A stretch of DNA of 63,793 nt, counting the filler, from Basidioascus undulatus (lineage: Eukaryota): assembly GCA_000826855.1 (NCBI GenBank). It is 3 parts of 3 records of this genome, joined end to end, with 100 filler letters (N's around TTAATTAATTAA, not from the genome) between each part and the next. Parts side by side here need not be neighbours in the genome. Positions count along the whole stretch, not along the records: positions 21,372 to 42,609 come from JTLS01000339.1; 2 more parts are not named here. One strand, written 5' to 3'. A model generated the notes under the pieces. That model made no database searches, was not told the DNA's origin, and was given only the letters and a program-made list of their open reading frames with translations. A program made the position numbers and the translations under genes. Of this stretch, positions 26,030 to 39,126 are shown one piece after another (the stretch's first letter is position 1; each line of letters begins with the position of its first letter).

Positions 26030-28325
26030 GATGGCGGTGGTGGGTGGGTGGAAGTACCAGAGAATACAGAGCTGGAACTGAGGAGGATGAGGGAGATGCA
26101 CGAAATGCGAAAGGGAGATCGTCGAAAGTTTCGTGTCTGTTCGTTTCAGGCCGCCGAGATGGGCGCCGCTTTTGTCGTGGGTGTGAGTGTGTGTACACGT
26201 GTGGGTGTGGTGAGGTCGCAAGTCCAGATCAAGCTGGAATGGAGGATAAAGAAGAGCCGGGGAGAGGAGGTGAAGGACAAAGGGGGCCGAGGAGGAGAAA
26301 AGGAGAAGGAAGAACCGCCGTCGAGGACTATACACGGGGTGGGATGGGCTCAGGCCAACATGGAAGGAGGTCAAAAGGCAAGTTCGGGAGGTGCGGATGG
26401 CCCGCTGCGGAGGCCGCGAACCAGACTAAGGCGCTTGACGTTAGCCTATCATGAGGAGGAGGAGGTCTGAGCACCTTGACATCGCCCTCCGGGGAAGTAT
26501 AACCTCGCACGTGCGGCACATGCTGCAGAAAGTGAAGAGTTTTGCTTTTTTTTGTAACATGTGTGTATAAGTTCATGAGTGAACAGAAAGAAAAAGGATG
26601 CGGGCAGGACGCAGTTTGTCTTTCAGATGTCGCAACACTGCTAACTGCTACCTACTAGCGACGGAGCCAGCGGGCCGGCCGAAAAGACGCTCAGACGGAT
26701 TGCAAGCCTCTGGTGTCCTCTGGAAGCTCCTTTCGGCCCTTGTGGCCAGCTATTTGGCACTTAAGACTCCGAGTCCATATGGCAGTGGCTTGGACCAAGT
26801 TGGTCGTGTGCCGAAACCTGATAGCCTGAGTGCGAAACCTTGGGGATGGTCGGACAAGTCTGCGCAGACCGGGGCGACGGCCTTTTGACGGCCTTCTCCT
26901 CAATCAGTTGGACAAGTGAGATTCCTCGTGTAATGGATCATGCTGAGGGCGCTGGGTCTGGCCTGCGAGGAAAGTGTCGCCGTGGCCGTCTTCCTCGATG
27001 TTATCCAATTTACTCTTTGGCATGCCTGAGTGACCGGCCGCTGTCTTGAGAAGTGGATTCCTATCGGAGCAATATGATTTATTGTGGATGTTAACAGCCC
27101 TCAGTATCAAGCAAGGATTCACACTCAGGCTACTGGAACACAATCACACCACATGCTGCCCCGCGGAAGCTACAGGACTTCGCTCGAACCCAACGCCGTA
27201 ATGCCCCAGACGCCTGTGCGACATAGGATCCAGCCTTTTTATTCTATCTGTAAAAGTGAGAACCTCTGATAAAAGCCTACTTTTCCCGCTTCGCCATTCA
27301 GCTCAAACTTGGCATCCGGGGTCAGCGATGGTACTGTGAGCAGAGTCCCTGCCCGCATCGCGGAGCACAAGGATAGCAGCCAGAGAATGAAAATCATCTG
27401 CAGGGAAAAATTCCAAGGGATATCATATTTAAGCAAGAACATGACCCAAATATCTTAAGTTCTGCTGCGGGTCCAATGATCGACGAGGACGCTGCACACT
27501 TTGTTTCAACAGGACAACCGCGGCTGAACTACTCTAAGCGTACTACACTCCTAAATTTTGCCAACAAGTACTCCTTCTCGACTTTCGAAAAGGCGCTCTG
27601 GGTGCATCAAACTGCGGTTTGAAACGCGGCCTGCCGACCTCGCATTCCCCCGTAGCAACCCCGCGCACTGGACCGAGATGCTGCATGCCACCTCGACGAT
27701 GGGACTCGAGAATTCAGAATGGTGGTGCTCTGGGATTGCAATCTCTTGTTGATAAGCTGATGGCTTCAGGGCTGACCATTCTTTTAATTCACGGTGGTGG
27801 GCAGCATCGGCACAGCGGATGATCCTCCCATTTTCTCGAAGTAGTGGGTAATGCGGCGTTTGGATGTCTCATTTTGTAAACGCCAAAACTACACCGATGA
27901 CAAGATCACTTTCGTCTTTGAGGCGGTTGTACGTGAAGAGTTGACACGCAAGACGCGCGTCGGACGCGTCTTCTCCCGGTGGCTGTCTCGATTAACTTGA
28001 TGGGGATCACGTTCCGTCCGGCAAGACATGTCGTCCGTGCCTGACATGAGGCGCTCTCAGTTTCGCGTTTCACAACTCTCAACAATAATACTGTTTGTAT
28101 GAGGGACTATTCTTGACCTTGAAGCCTCGGCATTTTCACCCTTGTTCTGCCCAATTCCCGCCTGTTGTCCGTAACGCTGCGTGCCTTTCTCCGGACTGAT
28201 CATGTCTTAAATCAACAAGAACCGAGCAGTGTAGCGATCCACCGCGTCGAATCGATTCGCTTGCATCTTGACCCCCTTCCCTCGTTCGTCCTCGCCCTTC
28301 CGTTCTTCAACTAATACTCACTGAA

Positions 28326-30119
28326 ATGCTGCCCGCGATCCTGCTGGCCACCGCCGCCGGTGCCTCGACGGCGACGGCGTATACTCTCACGCTCAAGAAC
28401 GCGTACGAGGGTCAGATCTTTTTTGACGGGTGGTATTACAAGTGCGCAATCCGCTCGGTCTCTGCCGTTTGCTTTGCTCATATTTCTTTCGTGCAGCTTC
28501 TTTACATCAGGCTGGATGACGCGGAGGTGGACGAGGAGCACCCGACCCGGGCTTCTAGCACGCTTGATCGCTTCCTTGTTGATTTAGTCTCACCTTTTTT
28601 GTTCCCTTCACAGCTGGGTCGGCGCCGAGACGGCACAGTCACAGCATCTGACGTACGTCAACGTGCAGGCAACGCGATCGTGAAGGTCGACAATGCAACC
28701 GATGGTAACAACTGGTCCGAGTACGGTCGCAACTCGGTTTTGATCATGACCAACCACACTATCGGCATCGGGACGCTCGTGGTTTTCGATGCGCTGCACC
28801 TTCCTTATGGGGTACGCGAGAGCTTCTTTTCATCCGCTCGAGGGGCAGCAAACGGCAGAGCTTGCTTGGCTGACTCCCTGGAGACAGTGCTCTGTCTGGC
28901 CAGCATTCTGGACGTTGGCCGAGTCTGAAAAAGACAGGAATGGTGACGTTGACATATACGTTGATGTACCTGATAAGCAGTCACCTGCCCGGCGCAGCTT
29001 CTGACCGTCACGCACAGCGTCGAGAACGTGAACGTGAAGACCAGGAACCAGTACACTCTGCACACGACCTCTGGATGCAGACGGTCCGACTCAACCGACA
29101 TGTCGTACACCGGCGAGCTCCTTAACACCAACTGCGACTTGGAGGTCAACGGCAACCAGGTGCGTTGCACTCCAATTTCTCCCTGCTATTCCAACAGACT
29201 TATAGACGTATGGGCGACGTTTTCTGCAGGCTGTGCATACCGCGGCAACCGCACGTCTTCTTACTGCGCCGAATTTGCCGCCGACGGCTGTGGGGTGTTC
29301 GCAATGCTGTGGTCGGGCGAGGGCATCCAGCAGTGGTACTTCCCCATTCGTCATTCATCTCATTCACCCTCTCGCCATCCAATTTACTCATCCTGTTTCA
29401 CTATGTCTTCAGATTTGACCTCACTTCCATTTTTTGTTGCATTAGCGCTCCGAGGTTTCGTCCGACTTCGCCTCGTCTTCGTCTCCCCCGACCCCACCTC
29501 TTGGGGGCCAGCAGTGGCGTCGTGTCGTGGCCGGCGACGACGTGCAACCCCGACACGCACTTCGACCCGTAGGGCTTGATTCTGTACATCAACACCTGTG
29601 GTGCGTACGGTTTCCTGAAACTTCAAGCGAGCAAAGCTGAAGGGGTCTCATTCGCATGAAAGGCAAATGGTGCGTTGAACATGGGGTTGTACTTGAGCTT
29701 TCTGTCGATCCGGCACTGACGCTTTTTTATTCGCACAATAGGGCTGGCGAGGCCTCCGTCTTCGCGGAAACGTGCCAAGGTCTTGCACCGACTACGTCTC
29801 CAACCCCGGCAACCTTGACAACGCCTACTTCGAGGATCAAGTCGATCAGGACTTACACCGGCGCACCGTGCGTCCTCTGCACCTTCCCTTTCTCTTTCGC
29901 CCGTCGCCTATGCCGCCTGTAGCCTCACCCCTGTTGTATGGCAGAATTACCGTCTCGTCCTTGTCTTCTACCGGTCCAAATCTACCTCGTCTCCCAGCGG
30001 GACAGGTCGACGTCGTCGGCGCTACTACCGACAACGCCGGCAACGGGGCGTCGGCAATTCGTGGTGGTGCTGCCGCTGCGGCGATGGCTCTGGGGCTCGT
30101 TGCCATCATGCTTGCGTAG
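28326..30119 (+). pseudogene. GH16 (fungal Lam16A-like beta-1,3-glucanase) gene with multiple lesions
   Basis: Signal peptide, YEGQIFFDGW, GRNSV, DALHLPYG|CSVWPAFWT, NQYTLHT, GVFAMLW, PDPTSWGPAVA, AYFE. Contains an in-frame TAG at 29570-29572 and several frameshifts. Confidence 0.8.
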
Positions 30120-30889
30120 AGCGTCTTCCGATTGAGGACCGCTCCACTGTCTTTCCTTCGCTACCTATCTTGGACCGCAAATGTCATCTTCATGCGGAAA
30201 TTCTCATGGACCTATTGCACCCGTTTGTGCTCTTCCATGTTTCACCTTTGATACATTATCGAGATACCCGTCCACGCGCATAGAAAAATGTCTGGAAAAT
30301 ATTATTCCATTGGTGTTTTTCGTAAAATGATTCAAGAGAAGTACCGACAAGGCCGACGACGTGCTGGCTGCGGAATGTGATGCGAAGGGATACTGTCCTC
30401 TGAGCAGTCTCCCGTGATCTCACCAACTTCATTTGCACCTCATGCAAAGCCACAGAGCTACCACCAAGATAGCTATTTGTTTCTCTGCCTTGCCGGTGGA
30501 CGTGAAGCTTAAGGTGGACAGCAACCCGAGCGCTCTGTGTGAAAACGCAAGACCAGATCGACAGTACCGCTTGCCTTCTGATGTGGACTCCCCACTGTAT
30601 TTGAGGAAAATCAATCAAACAATCTGAAAGCTATGCTTTGCTATCTTCTACCTTTTCAAAACTGAACCATCAGTTGTGCAGCTGTCGAGAATTGCCGAAG
30701 ACGAAGCTGCGGGCGCTGCTTTTCTGCCCAGTCAAACGCCGTGACAGACGGCCTACGGAAGGAGTAACGACATAGGGTGTAACAACATGGAGTGAAAACA
30801 TTCAGATTCATTTCCGATCATGAGGAATCAGCCACAACCTGTCATGCCGTTACATACTTTGATCACTTTGTCCAGTTTCTGCACCTCGG

Positions 30890-32265
30890 CTACATCTTCG
30901 ATCTGACCCACCCCTTAATACCCTCGACGGTTTCCCCAACCTTTTCCTTGGCGACCTCCACAGCCTCCTTTGACCCTTCAACAGCCTCCCCAGCCTTCTC
31001 CTTGACGCCCTCCTTGGCTCCCTCCGCCTTCTCCCACACCATGCGCAACCTGTCCTGGCCAGGGAGCCACGCCGGTAGCTCCCCAAGTCCCATCTCGAAG
31101 CGTGGCTCCCGCTTCTGCACAAACGCCCGTACCCCCTCTTTCCCGTCATTTCCGTTTCCGAGGACGAACATCGCTCGCGAATCCAGGAGGTGCTGCGCAT
31201 CGGCGCTGTCCGTGCCGTGCAGGACGAGTGCCTTGGTGAATGCTACGGAGCGCGGCGAAGTGTTGTATGCGAGATCGTGTGCTACGCGCAGAGCGGTAGG
31301 AAAGACGTCCTCGCGGGTCGGAAGGAGATCTGCGAAAAGTCCGGAGAGGAGTGGCGAGCATGCGGGCAGGGAGTTGGAGGAGAGAAGGAAGACTGCGAGC
31401 GCCCTGGAGCGACCGATGAGGCGCGGAAGCAGGTAGGACGATGTCGCCTCTATTCCATGTAGTTTTGTAGAGCAATCAGTAAGCAGTATTCCTGCGGGTG
31501 CACTGCACAGGTAACACACCCGGTAGGATGCCCCTTCGAACGAACGGGAAGATGATCTTGGCTTCTTGCCAGGCGAAACGCTGAGGAATGAATGCACCAC
31601 GAAAGTAAGCCTCAGAGCAATTTTTCGGAGGAAGCCAAGTCAGACGAACGATGTCCATTCCAAGCGTCTGCGTGATGCCGACCCCAGCTGCGTGGCCGTT
31701 GATAGCGGCGATGGTGATCTTGCGCGAACGAAGAGTAGTCAAGACGAAACGCCCCCCACCATCGCGGTGTTCTGTCGAACATGTCCCCCACTGATATGTA
31801 GGCTAACACATCTGCAATGGACTTCAGAGGGACAAGCGACGAACCCGTCTCAGCCTGTCCGGGCGTTGCGTCCACGCCAGAGCGGGAGAAGTCGCCCAAG
31901 CTGAGATCCGCCTACAAAGTGCCCGTAATGGGTAAGGTTGTGGGCACCTTGAAGTGCAAAAGAACGTACGCCAGCGCAGAACGCCTTGGACTTCGCAGGG
32001 TCCGCGGTGAGAATGATGACCCTCACGCGGTCGTCCTTCTCCATCTTCTCGTACACGTCGATGAGCTCAGAACGCATCTCTTCAGTCCAAGCATTCATCC
32101 TGAGGGTGGCCAATCCGAAGACTCTCAGGCATCAGTACGAATGAATTGATCGGATCAGAGTGCGTTGGCAACGGACGCTTGGGGACGATTGAGCGTAACG
32201 ATCCCCACCCGGTCATCCACCCTCACATCGATCGTCTTGTAACCGAGCGACCCATAGTTAATCAT
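30890..32265 (-). CDS. Enoyl-CoA hydratase/isomerase (crotonase fold), probably peroxisomal
   Basis: [18 protein letters not shown]...[68 protein letters not shown]; ends -SKM (PTS1-like). Confidence 0.9.
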
Positions 32266-34476
32266 GATAGCAGATTTTTGAAAGGGTTTAAGAATCGCAG
32301 GCTGGTAAAGAGGTGATGGTGGTGAGGAGGCAAGCGAACGATGGGCGGATGTGTAGTTGCCGGAGGCCGGCGATACAGGCTCGGACGGCAGATGAGGTCA
32401 GAAGGTCGCTGCAGCGCGAAGCAGATGCCGTCCACGAACGGCATGCGCAATCCCTTTCATCTAACGAATTTTCAAAGAAAAGTCCTGGGATCTGCTCTTG
32501 GTGCCTTGAGATTGTGAATTGATCCAATTCAGAGCTGCGAGCCTTCGCTCCTGATTGGGGTCGAAGTTGTCTAGGACCTGGAATGTCGACTTTCGCACAA
32601 GAATCTCAGGACGAGGAACCGTCAAAGTCGAAAGGCTTGAAGGGGAAAAAGGAAGCACAGCAAAGTGCTATAAGATGTTGTATGAAGCGACCGTTCCAGT
32701 ACGTTCGGCTTACCACCAGTTCATGCAGTTCAACAGCCAAGAGCCAGCACAAGCAGCACAAGCAGCGCATAAAACACCCGTTCGATCGCGTTTGCGTAAA
32801 GGTTTATTTTCAGTGTAAAGAGTCTCTCATGTACTTGCGTCGGGTCCGTGCCCTTAAAGTGGCAGACTACGAAGCTACAAAGCTACAAAGCTGCCGGAGA
32901 TCTGGCACCGCTGCATTGGTGACATTGCGTGGGGCTAGTGAAGCCGGCCCCCTACCTTCTGGAATTCCGGTTTTGCTCCATCCATTCTTTATCATATAAA
33001 CATGCATCATTCCCGATTACCTTTTACAACGTAGCTAAAAGCCCACAGGCTGGCCGCCCGGCCGCTGTGCTGTCTCCGCGAGGCGATCGCGGGAGGAGAC
33101 ACCGGCGCGGTCATGGTTGCCGTGACTTGTTGAAGCAGCAATTTGTTGATAAGCATGCTGGCAGGAGGCCTCTCTTCATCAGGCCATCTCTCTATTAAAG
33201 TTTCACTCATCCTATCCTCCCTCGGACAAAGCTCGACCAGATCTGTCGCATCAGCTGAGTTACCATTCGCCGCTTCACGCACTTGCTCAGTCTCACTCTC
33301 CGCCACAGGTTCAGATCCGTTGGCTCAGGGTCCTATCAAACGTCCCGTTCTCTGTAAGTAGTCGTACTCACACAAACAGAGCTTAGGTAGGCGGCTAATG
33401 GGCAGCAAGGGGCTCATTAATTCTCTTCTTCTTTCAAGATCGTCTCGACATGAATGTCTCGAACTCCTCCTCATATTCCTCGTCTAGATCCATCTCTACC
33501 GGGCGCTATTGTCGTGGTTGTGATCGGGTACGGTGAGTCTAGCTTACATCCAACAGTCCCAACGGTGACCTCCTTGCTTTAACAATCGCAGGCATTGTTC
33601 TGCCCGCCCCGCACTGATCGCCTTCCTGATATTTCTTTTTGACATTGTGGTCTGGCGGCGGCCTCATAGCCAGAAAGCGCCATCTGCGGGAATGTGGGAC
33701 GAGGAGGATGACTTCGTGCGCGAGGAAGACGATCGGGCGCATCGCTTCAGCTTGTACCCGCTCAGGACATCCGATCCTCCTCAAATAGTGGTCTTAAGCT
33801 CCGGACATGGCAGCGAGGCAGAAGTGAGGAGCCAGCTGCTCGAGGGAGAGAACATGCCGAGGTCGCCGGACCCCTGGTTACTAGCAGTGGCTGGAGAGGA
33901 GCTGGATGAACTTGATCGAGTCCGAATACACATATCCACACCTGGTAATTTCCGTAGGCCTGGAAAACTTGACAAATTGAGGTTACTGTGAGAGTAGAAA
34001 TACCTCAACAACGTAGTAGGGAGGTATGGACGGCGGCGTTCGCAGCGGTCTTTTCTGTTCTTGCATGTGTGGGTTCCGAATTCTGACAGGGCAAGGCCTA
34101 TTTCATAGGGCGCCAAGCCGACAGTATGATTAAATTTATGGGTACCAGAATATTGATATGCACCAGCTTTCAACAGAACTGCGTCGACTGCGGCGTTAGG
34201 CCGGTAAACCAGTTATCCAGCTGGACTCCGCGGTTCCGCTAGACTTTCACGCAGTATTCCATTCTTTGCAAGACAACTTCCCCTGAAACACATCCCGTAA
34301 GCGCACGGGATAGGCGCAGCCGCATGGAAGGCACAGCCAGACCGCCACGCAGCGTCCAACGCAGTGCGCAGGCGCGCAGTGAAAGGGTGCTCTCAGCAAC
34401 TTCAGATATAAAAGACAGCCTTTCTCCGCCATCATCCTCACTTATCCACAACCCACTCTAACCCAAAGCCTCACCA

Positions 34477-35491
34477 ATGCGCACCTCCACAATCCTCACC
34501 ATCCTCTCTCTTTCGGCGACCACATTAGCTGCTGTAGCAGGCGGCGCCGCTGCCGTGTCGGGCAACGATCTCGCGAAGCGAAGCCCTCAGGAGGAGGTAG
34601 ACGTCGGCGAAAACGGGGCAGAAAACGACTTCCAGAAGCGGGACGGTCGCGGTCGAGGCGGGCGTGGAGGGCGGAGCCGCGGGAGGGGGGGTGGCCGCGG
34701 TCGCGGTGGGCATGGAGGTGGCTCGAGGAAGGGAGGGCACCGCAAGGCGTATCATCAAAAGGTAAGTAGTTTGTGGGGATCTGAAACGCATGAAAGTACT
34801 CCTTTCCTAACGTCTTACTCTAGCCGCAAAAGCACCACTATCGGCCGAAGAAGGAGTACCACGTCCGCGTCCGTCTCTCCTTCCCCACCCTCCATTTCTT
34901 CACTCTGACCAGCTTCCTATGCAGCCGAAGAAAGTCTACAAAGTGGAGAAGCCCAAGAAAATCTATTACAAGCCCGCCCCCCGGCCGAAGAAAGAAATAA
35001 AATACGTGGAAAAGCCTGTCTACAAAATCGTCGAAAAGCCGGTGATCGTGGAGAAGGTCGTGGAGAAGCCCGTGGAGAGAATCGTGGAGAAGCCGGTGCA
35101 GGTCGTGAAGTATGTGGAAAAGCCGAAGAAGAAGGAGCACAAGTGGGGAGCGGGCTTCTTCGGCGACGACGGGTCCGACGATGGGTTCGGGAACGGGAAC
35201 GGCAATGGCAATGGCAACGGGAATGGGAACGGTGGGAACGGAGGAGATAACGGGAATGGGAATGGAGGCGGGAATGGGAATGGGAACGGCGGAGGGAATG
35301 GGAATGGAGGTGTGAATGGGAATGGGAACGGCGGAGGGAATGGGAATGGAGGTGGGAATGGGAATGGGAACGGCGGAGGGAACGGGAATGGAGGTGGGAA
35401 TGGAAATGGGAACGGTGGGAACGGTGGCGGTTTCGGCAATGGCGGCGGGGGTGGGGGCTCCGGTGGTGGGCAGGACGATGGGTCTAACTGA
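34477..35491 (+). CDS. Secreted low-complexity repeat protein (signal peptide, two KR sites, RGG, VEKP and Gly-Asn repeats), three exons
   Basis: TATAAAA at about 34407; MRTSTILTILSLSATTLAA signal; introns 34762-34822 and 34863-34924 keep the frame to TAA at 35491. Confidence 0.8.
35186..35440 (+). repeat. Coding GGGAAY/GGN tandem repeat encoding (GN)n/GGGN
   Basis: Long imperfect array of gggaat/gggaac/ggcaat hexamers inside the secreted protein's last exon. Confidence 0.9.
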
Positions 35492-35740
35492 GAGTCTTCT
35501 TGATATGTCGAGGGTTATCGGAATCGCAATCTGTTATTGTCTGTTATTGTATTATTTTACGTTTGTGCTCGGGCCCGTGCGATGGTAGGCTGTCGTTTGG
35601 CGGGTGAGAACGTCGGACTACCAGTGCCCCGCCGGCATCACGCCTGAGCAGTCAGTCCTCAAGCTTTCGAGGAAACGCGAGAGCCGCAAGATCCTTTATG
35701 CGGTCCGTTGGATATACGCGAAACCACTGTTGCGCCGCCT

Positions 35741-36948
35741 CTACTCCTCCCCCCTCAGCACCCTCTCCCTCTCCTCCCTCTCCCTCCGCACCCTCTCTCT
35801 AACCTCTCTGACCTCCCCATCCCTCTCCACCGCCTCCCTCCTTTCCTCCTCCTCCCTCCAGAACGTGTCCGCGCGCTTGCGGAGCGCGCCCGACCGCACG
35901 GAGGCGCGCTGGGCGTGCGAGGCGTGGGTGAGCGTCGCGTGCGTTCGTGCGGAGGCGGAGAGGAGCGGGGCGAGGATGGATTGAGGGGTGGCGGGTGGGG
36001 GGGGGGCGGAGAGGAGAGCGGTTAGGAGCAGGATGAAGGAGAGGAGGAGGTGGGAGGCGTGGAGGAGGGCGTTGTGCAGCTGCGTGTGGAGGGAAAGGAT
36101 GGCGTGAGCGGGAGAAAGGGCCAGGGAGAAGAGAGAAGGTGGAAGGTGGAATGGTGGAGGGGCAGGGGAAAGGGATGGGGCGTACGATAGGCTGGGAGGG
36201 CCTGCGGGAGGGCGTGAGTTCAAGGGTGGGAAGGAGGGCGAGATGGAGGAGCGCAAGGGCGACGGTGCAGAGGAGGAGGGTCCGGCGGTAGGGCCTTTTG
36301 GTTGGCTGGGAGTGCGTGATGAGTCCCAGGGACAGGAGGGTGAGCGTGTAGGGCAGGAGGAGGGCTGGGAGGAGGTAGAGCCTGTGGAGAGGAGAGGGAT
36401 TAGAGGTCAACACCGGGGAGAGGAGAGAAAGAAAGAAGAGAGCAAGGGAAAGGGAGGAAACGCACAGATGGTCGCTCCGCGAACTCGGCGCACACCACCC
36501 GCACGCCCTCACCGCGTCCTCGCCCCAGCGTGCATATGCCAGCCTCACATCAAACGAGTTCAGCCTCCGCAAAAACCCTGCCTCCTCCTCGCTCAGCTGC
36601 CCTCCCCCTTTCTTCCCTACCAACACCTCCGCCAGGACCGGCGCGGATGCGTTCAGAGGCAGCCGCACAAAGAGGTTCGGGAGCGTGAGGGAGGAGTAGA
36701 GGAATGCGAGGAGGCTGGGGAGGAGCGCGAGGAGCGCGAGGAGGGGAGGACGGGAGGGGCGCAGGCGCAGGAGCTTAGGGATGGAAGGGTAGAAGAGCGA
36801 GAGGAGGAGGAGGAGCACTAGGGGGGGGGAGGGTTAGTTGGGTGGGATGAATTGGGGGAAGGGGAAGGGGAGACGGACAGGTGGGGGTCTGGATGAGGGA
36901 CAGGGAGGGGAGCGCAATGCGCTGCCCGAGGATTGAGAGGATCACCAT
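35741..36948 (-). CDS. Fungal multi-pass membrane protein of unknown function
   Basis: Hydrophobic segments plus FLRRLNSFDVRLAYARWGEDAVRACGWC...LYLLPALLLPY and a charged C-terminal helix; start position uncertain. Confidence 0.65.
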
Positions 36949-37122
36949 GCCGCGTGGGGTGGAACACCAGATTTGCGCTTAGATCGTGCGCGTTGAGAGT
37001 TTCCAAATGAGATACGATTCAGCGAGAGGAGAAGAGGCAGCAAGGTCATGGTCCTGAGCCATCCTTGACCCTGGCCAAATGACGCGCCCGCGATCGCTCA
37101 CGTCTCTCCTTGCTCCCCCCAA

Positions 37123-37595
37123 ATGCCCTCCCCCAAGCTCACCTGCCCCGCCACCGCCGACGCCCGAACATTACCAAGCGCCAAGGGGGGCAAGGGTGAT
37201 GCTGCTATGAAGGACGGTGGCGACTGCTATTTATCCTCGATCACACAGTATGACTGCCACCTCACGCGGACGTCCATCCAGTGCTACCCCATCGACCGCG
37301 TCTTCCGGGTGTCCGTCTGTCTTTCGCTCTCTTTCTCTTTCTCGCTCGACAGTTGATTGTGGGTGGGTGTTGGTGGTGCGGGGAACAGATGTGCGGGTGG
37401 GAGGGCGACGGAGGTGACGGGCTTGGTGGAAAGGGATGGGAAGGGCGGGTGGAGAGTGGGCGTGGAGGAGAGGTGCGTCTGGCCGTTCGTTGCGAGGGGA
37501 AGGAGTAAGAGTAGCGCTGATTGGAGAGGAGGCTGGTTTCCGGATGTAGGGATCTGCCTAGAGGGAGTTTATGGAGGGATCTGGAGGGGCGGTAA
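37123..37595 (+). CDS. SOM1: Som1-like mitochondrial inner-membrane peptidase subunit, three exons
   Basis: CYLSSITQYDC...IQCYPIDRVFRV|CAGGRATEVT fits the recalled Som1 pattern (C-x-L-x3-TQY-x-C...C-x-P-x2-R-x-F-R-x-C...EVT). Confidence 0.65.
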
Positions 37596-39126
37596 CAGAT
37601 GGGTTCACGATGCTGCATCGCTGTGTCTGGGCTGCTTGAAACGCCTGATGGCTAGGGAGAGTACTGAACCACGGGCGAATAAGAGGCCTTGCGGCCCTAG
37701 CAGGGCTTTCCACCTGGCTTTCGAGTATCATGCACTGTTGTTCAGTTCCAATTCCCCTGAGGAACGAAGAGGGAATCGGTCTCTCCATCTTTCTGTAACG
37801 CTTTTGACTCGCAAGTTTCTGAATAAGCAAGTCTTCCGTGGCTGATCGGCGGCTGAGCAGTGCCTTGCCCGCGTTAACGTTCAACCGCGTTTGCCTGCTT
37901 CCAACGGCATCATTCCACCTCAACAGTGCTTTCATTAATCATTATTTTAATAAAGTTCCCAGGCCTTTCTTGAAAGGCTTGTAGCAGTGTCTGATCAAGG
38001 CATTTCATGATGGGGCTGCTTACGAAAGGAGTGGGTGGAAGCTTCAGCTGTGCTGTCCCGGTGCGGTTCTGCACGAAAGCTAAGACTCTACTTTTGGGCA
38101 TAAGTTTGTTTCCAAGAGATGAGAATAAGTTTTCATCGCCCGTGTAACATAAGAGCAACCTGAATAGAACAGACATCGACACCAGCAGCTTGTCTACGGC
38201 TTGTACGTCTGCCCGACTGTTGGGATGGCCAGAGCTTCCTTTCATTGTTTCTGCTATCTAAGGGTGAGGAACTGCCAAGAAGCGGAACTGCCCAGAACCT
38301 ATCAGGAAAGCTAAAGTCCTTTTGTTCTCCTGCGCATGGAGTCAGGTCAGCAGCCTTTAGCAGCTAACCTGACGAAGTGCCAAAACTGTTGAGGTATGAG
38401 CATGGTACCCCTTGGTTGCCTCTATTACCAAGTGGACATCAAGTTGAAAATCTTGATAATTACAAGGTCCAGACCCATGTAGCATAGCGACTACGGTAGA
38501 ACACGTACCAAGCTGAGCCGAGGGCGGGGTATAACGGTCCTTGTTGGTATGTAACGGAGCTGTTTACTTTCTTAATACGTCTATAAAGCTTCATTTTAAA
38601 CTACCCAAACCTGTAGCTTGGCTTATGACGAGCAATCGGTCATGCCGGGCTTGCGTCGGCCTTACTTCAACAAGTGTAGCTCAAAGAACATGACACACCT
38701 TTCTTCTTTGAGCCTCAATACAGGCCTTGATGGAGGAGGAAGACCATTGCAAGGCAGCGCGCGACTTTCTGACGTGCAACAAGCGACGACAGCAGGTTGT
38801 TTCCTTGGATTGAATAGCATTGACCTCCGCAATCAGACACAATTAATCCTGCAATCAGCGTCAATCTGTTCGCAACCGGATCTGCAGGAAAGTAACATTA
38901 CAGCTTGGTTGAAGGCAGCGAGCTGTCAAGTGTGGACGTGTCCTACAGCTGGCGAACGGGAGGTGACGTGCCCCGCCTTCGCGCCAGCCAGCGCACCGCT
39001 CCTTGTCCTCTCACCCTTCCATCCATCGCCGCCTCGCGCCCTTCCCCTCTCCCACTCCCAAACCTACACACCCATATTTCTTTCTCTTTTCACCCGGGGC
39101 CATAAACGAAACCGAATCCCGAACCG

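Noticed and set aside
27950..27972. Inverted repeat AAGACGCG...CGCGTCTT
   Set aside because: An 8-bp stem is expected by chance in GC-rich DNA and has no supporting context.
33400..33425. CAAGGGGCTCATT resembling the RNase MRP RNA 3' motif
   Set aside because: No matching upstream GAAAGTCCCC-type P4 partner was found.
35186..35440. Repeat array as CRISPR or telomere-like sequence
   Set aside because: No spacers, eukaryotic context, and it is an in-frame Gly-Asn coding repeat.
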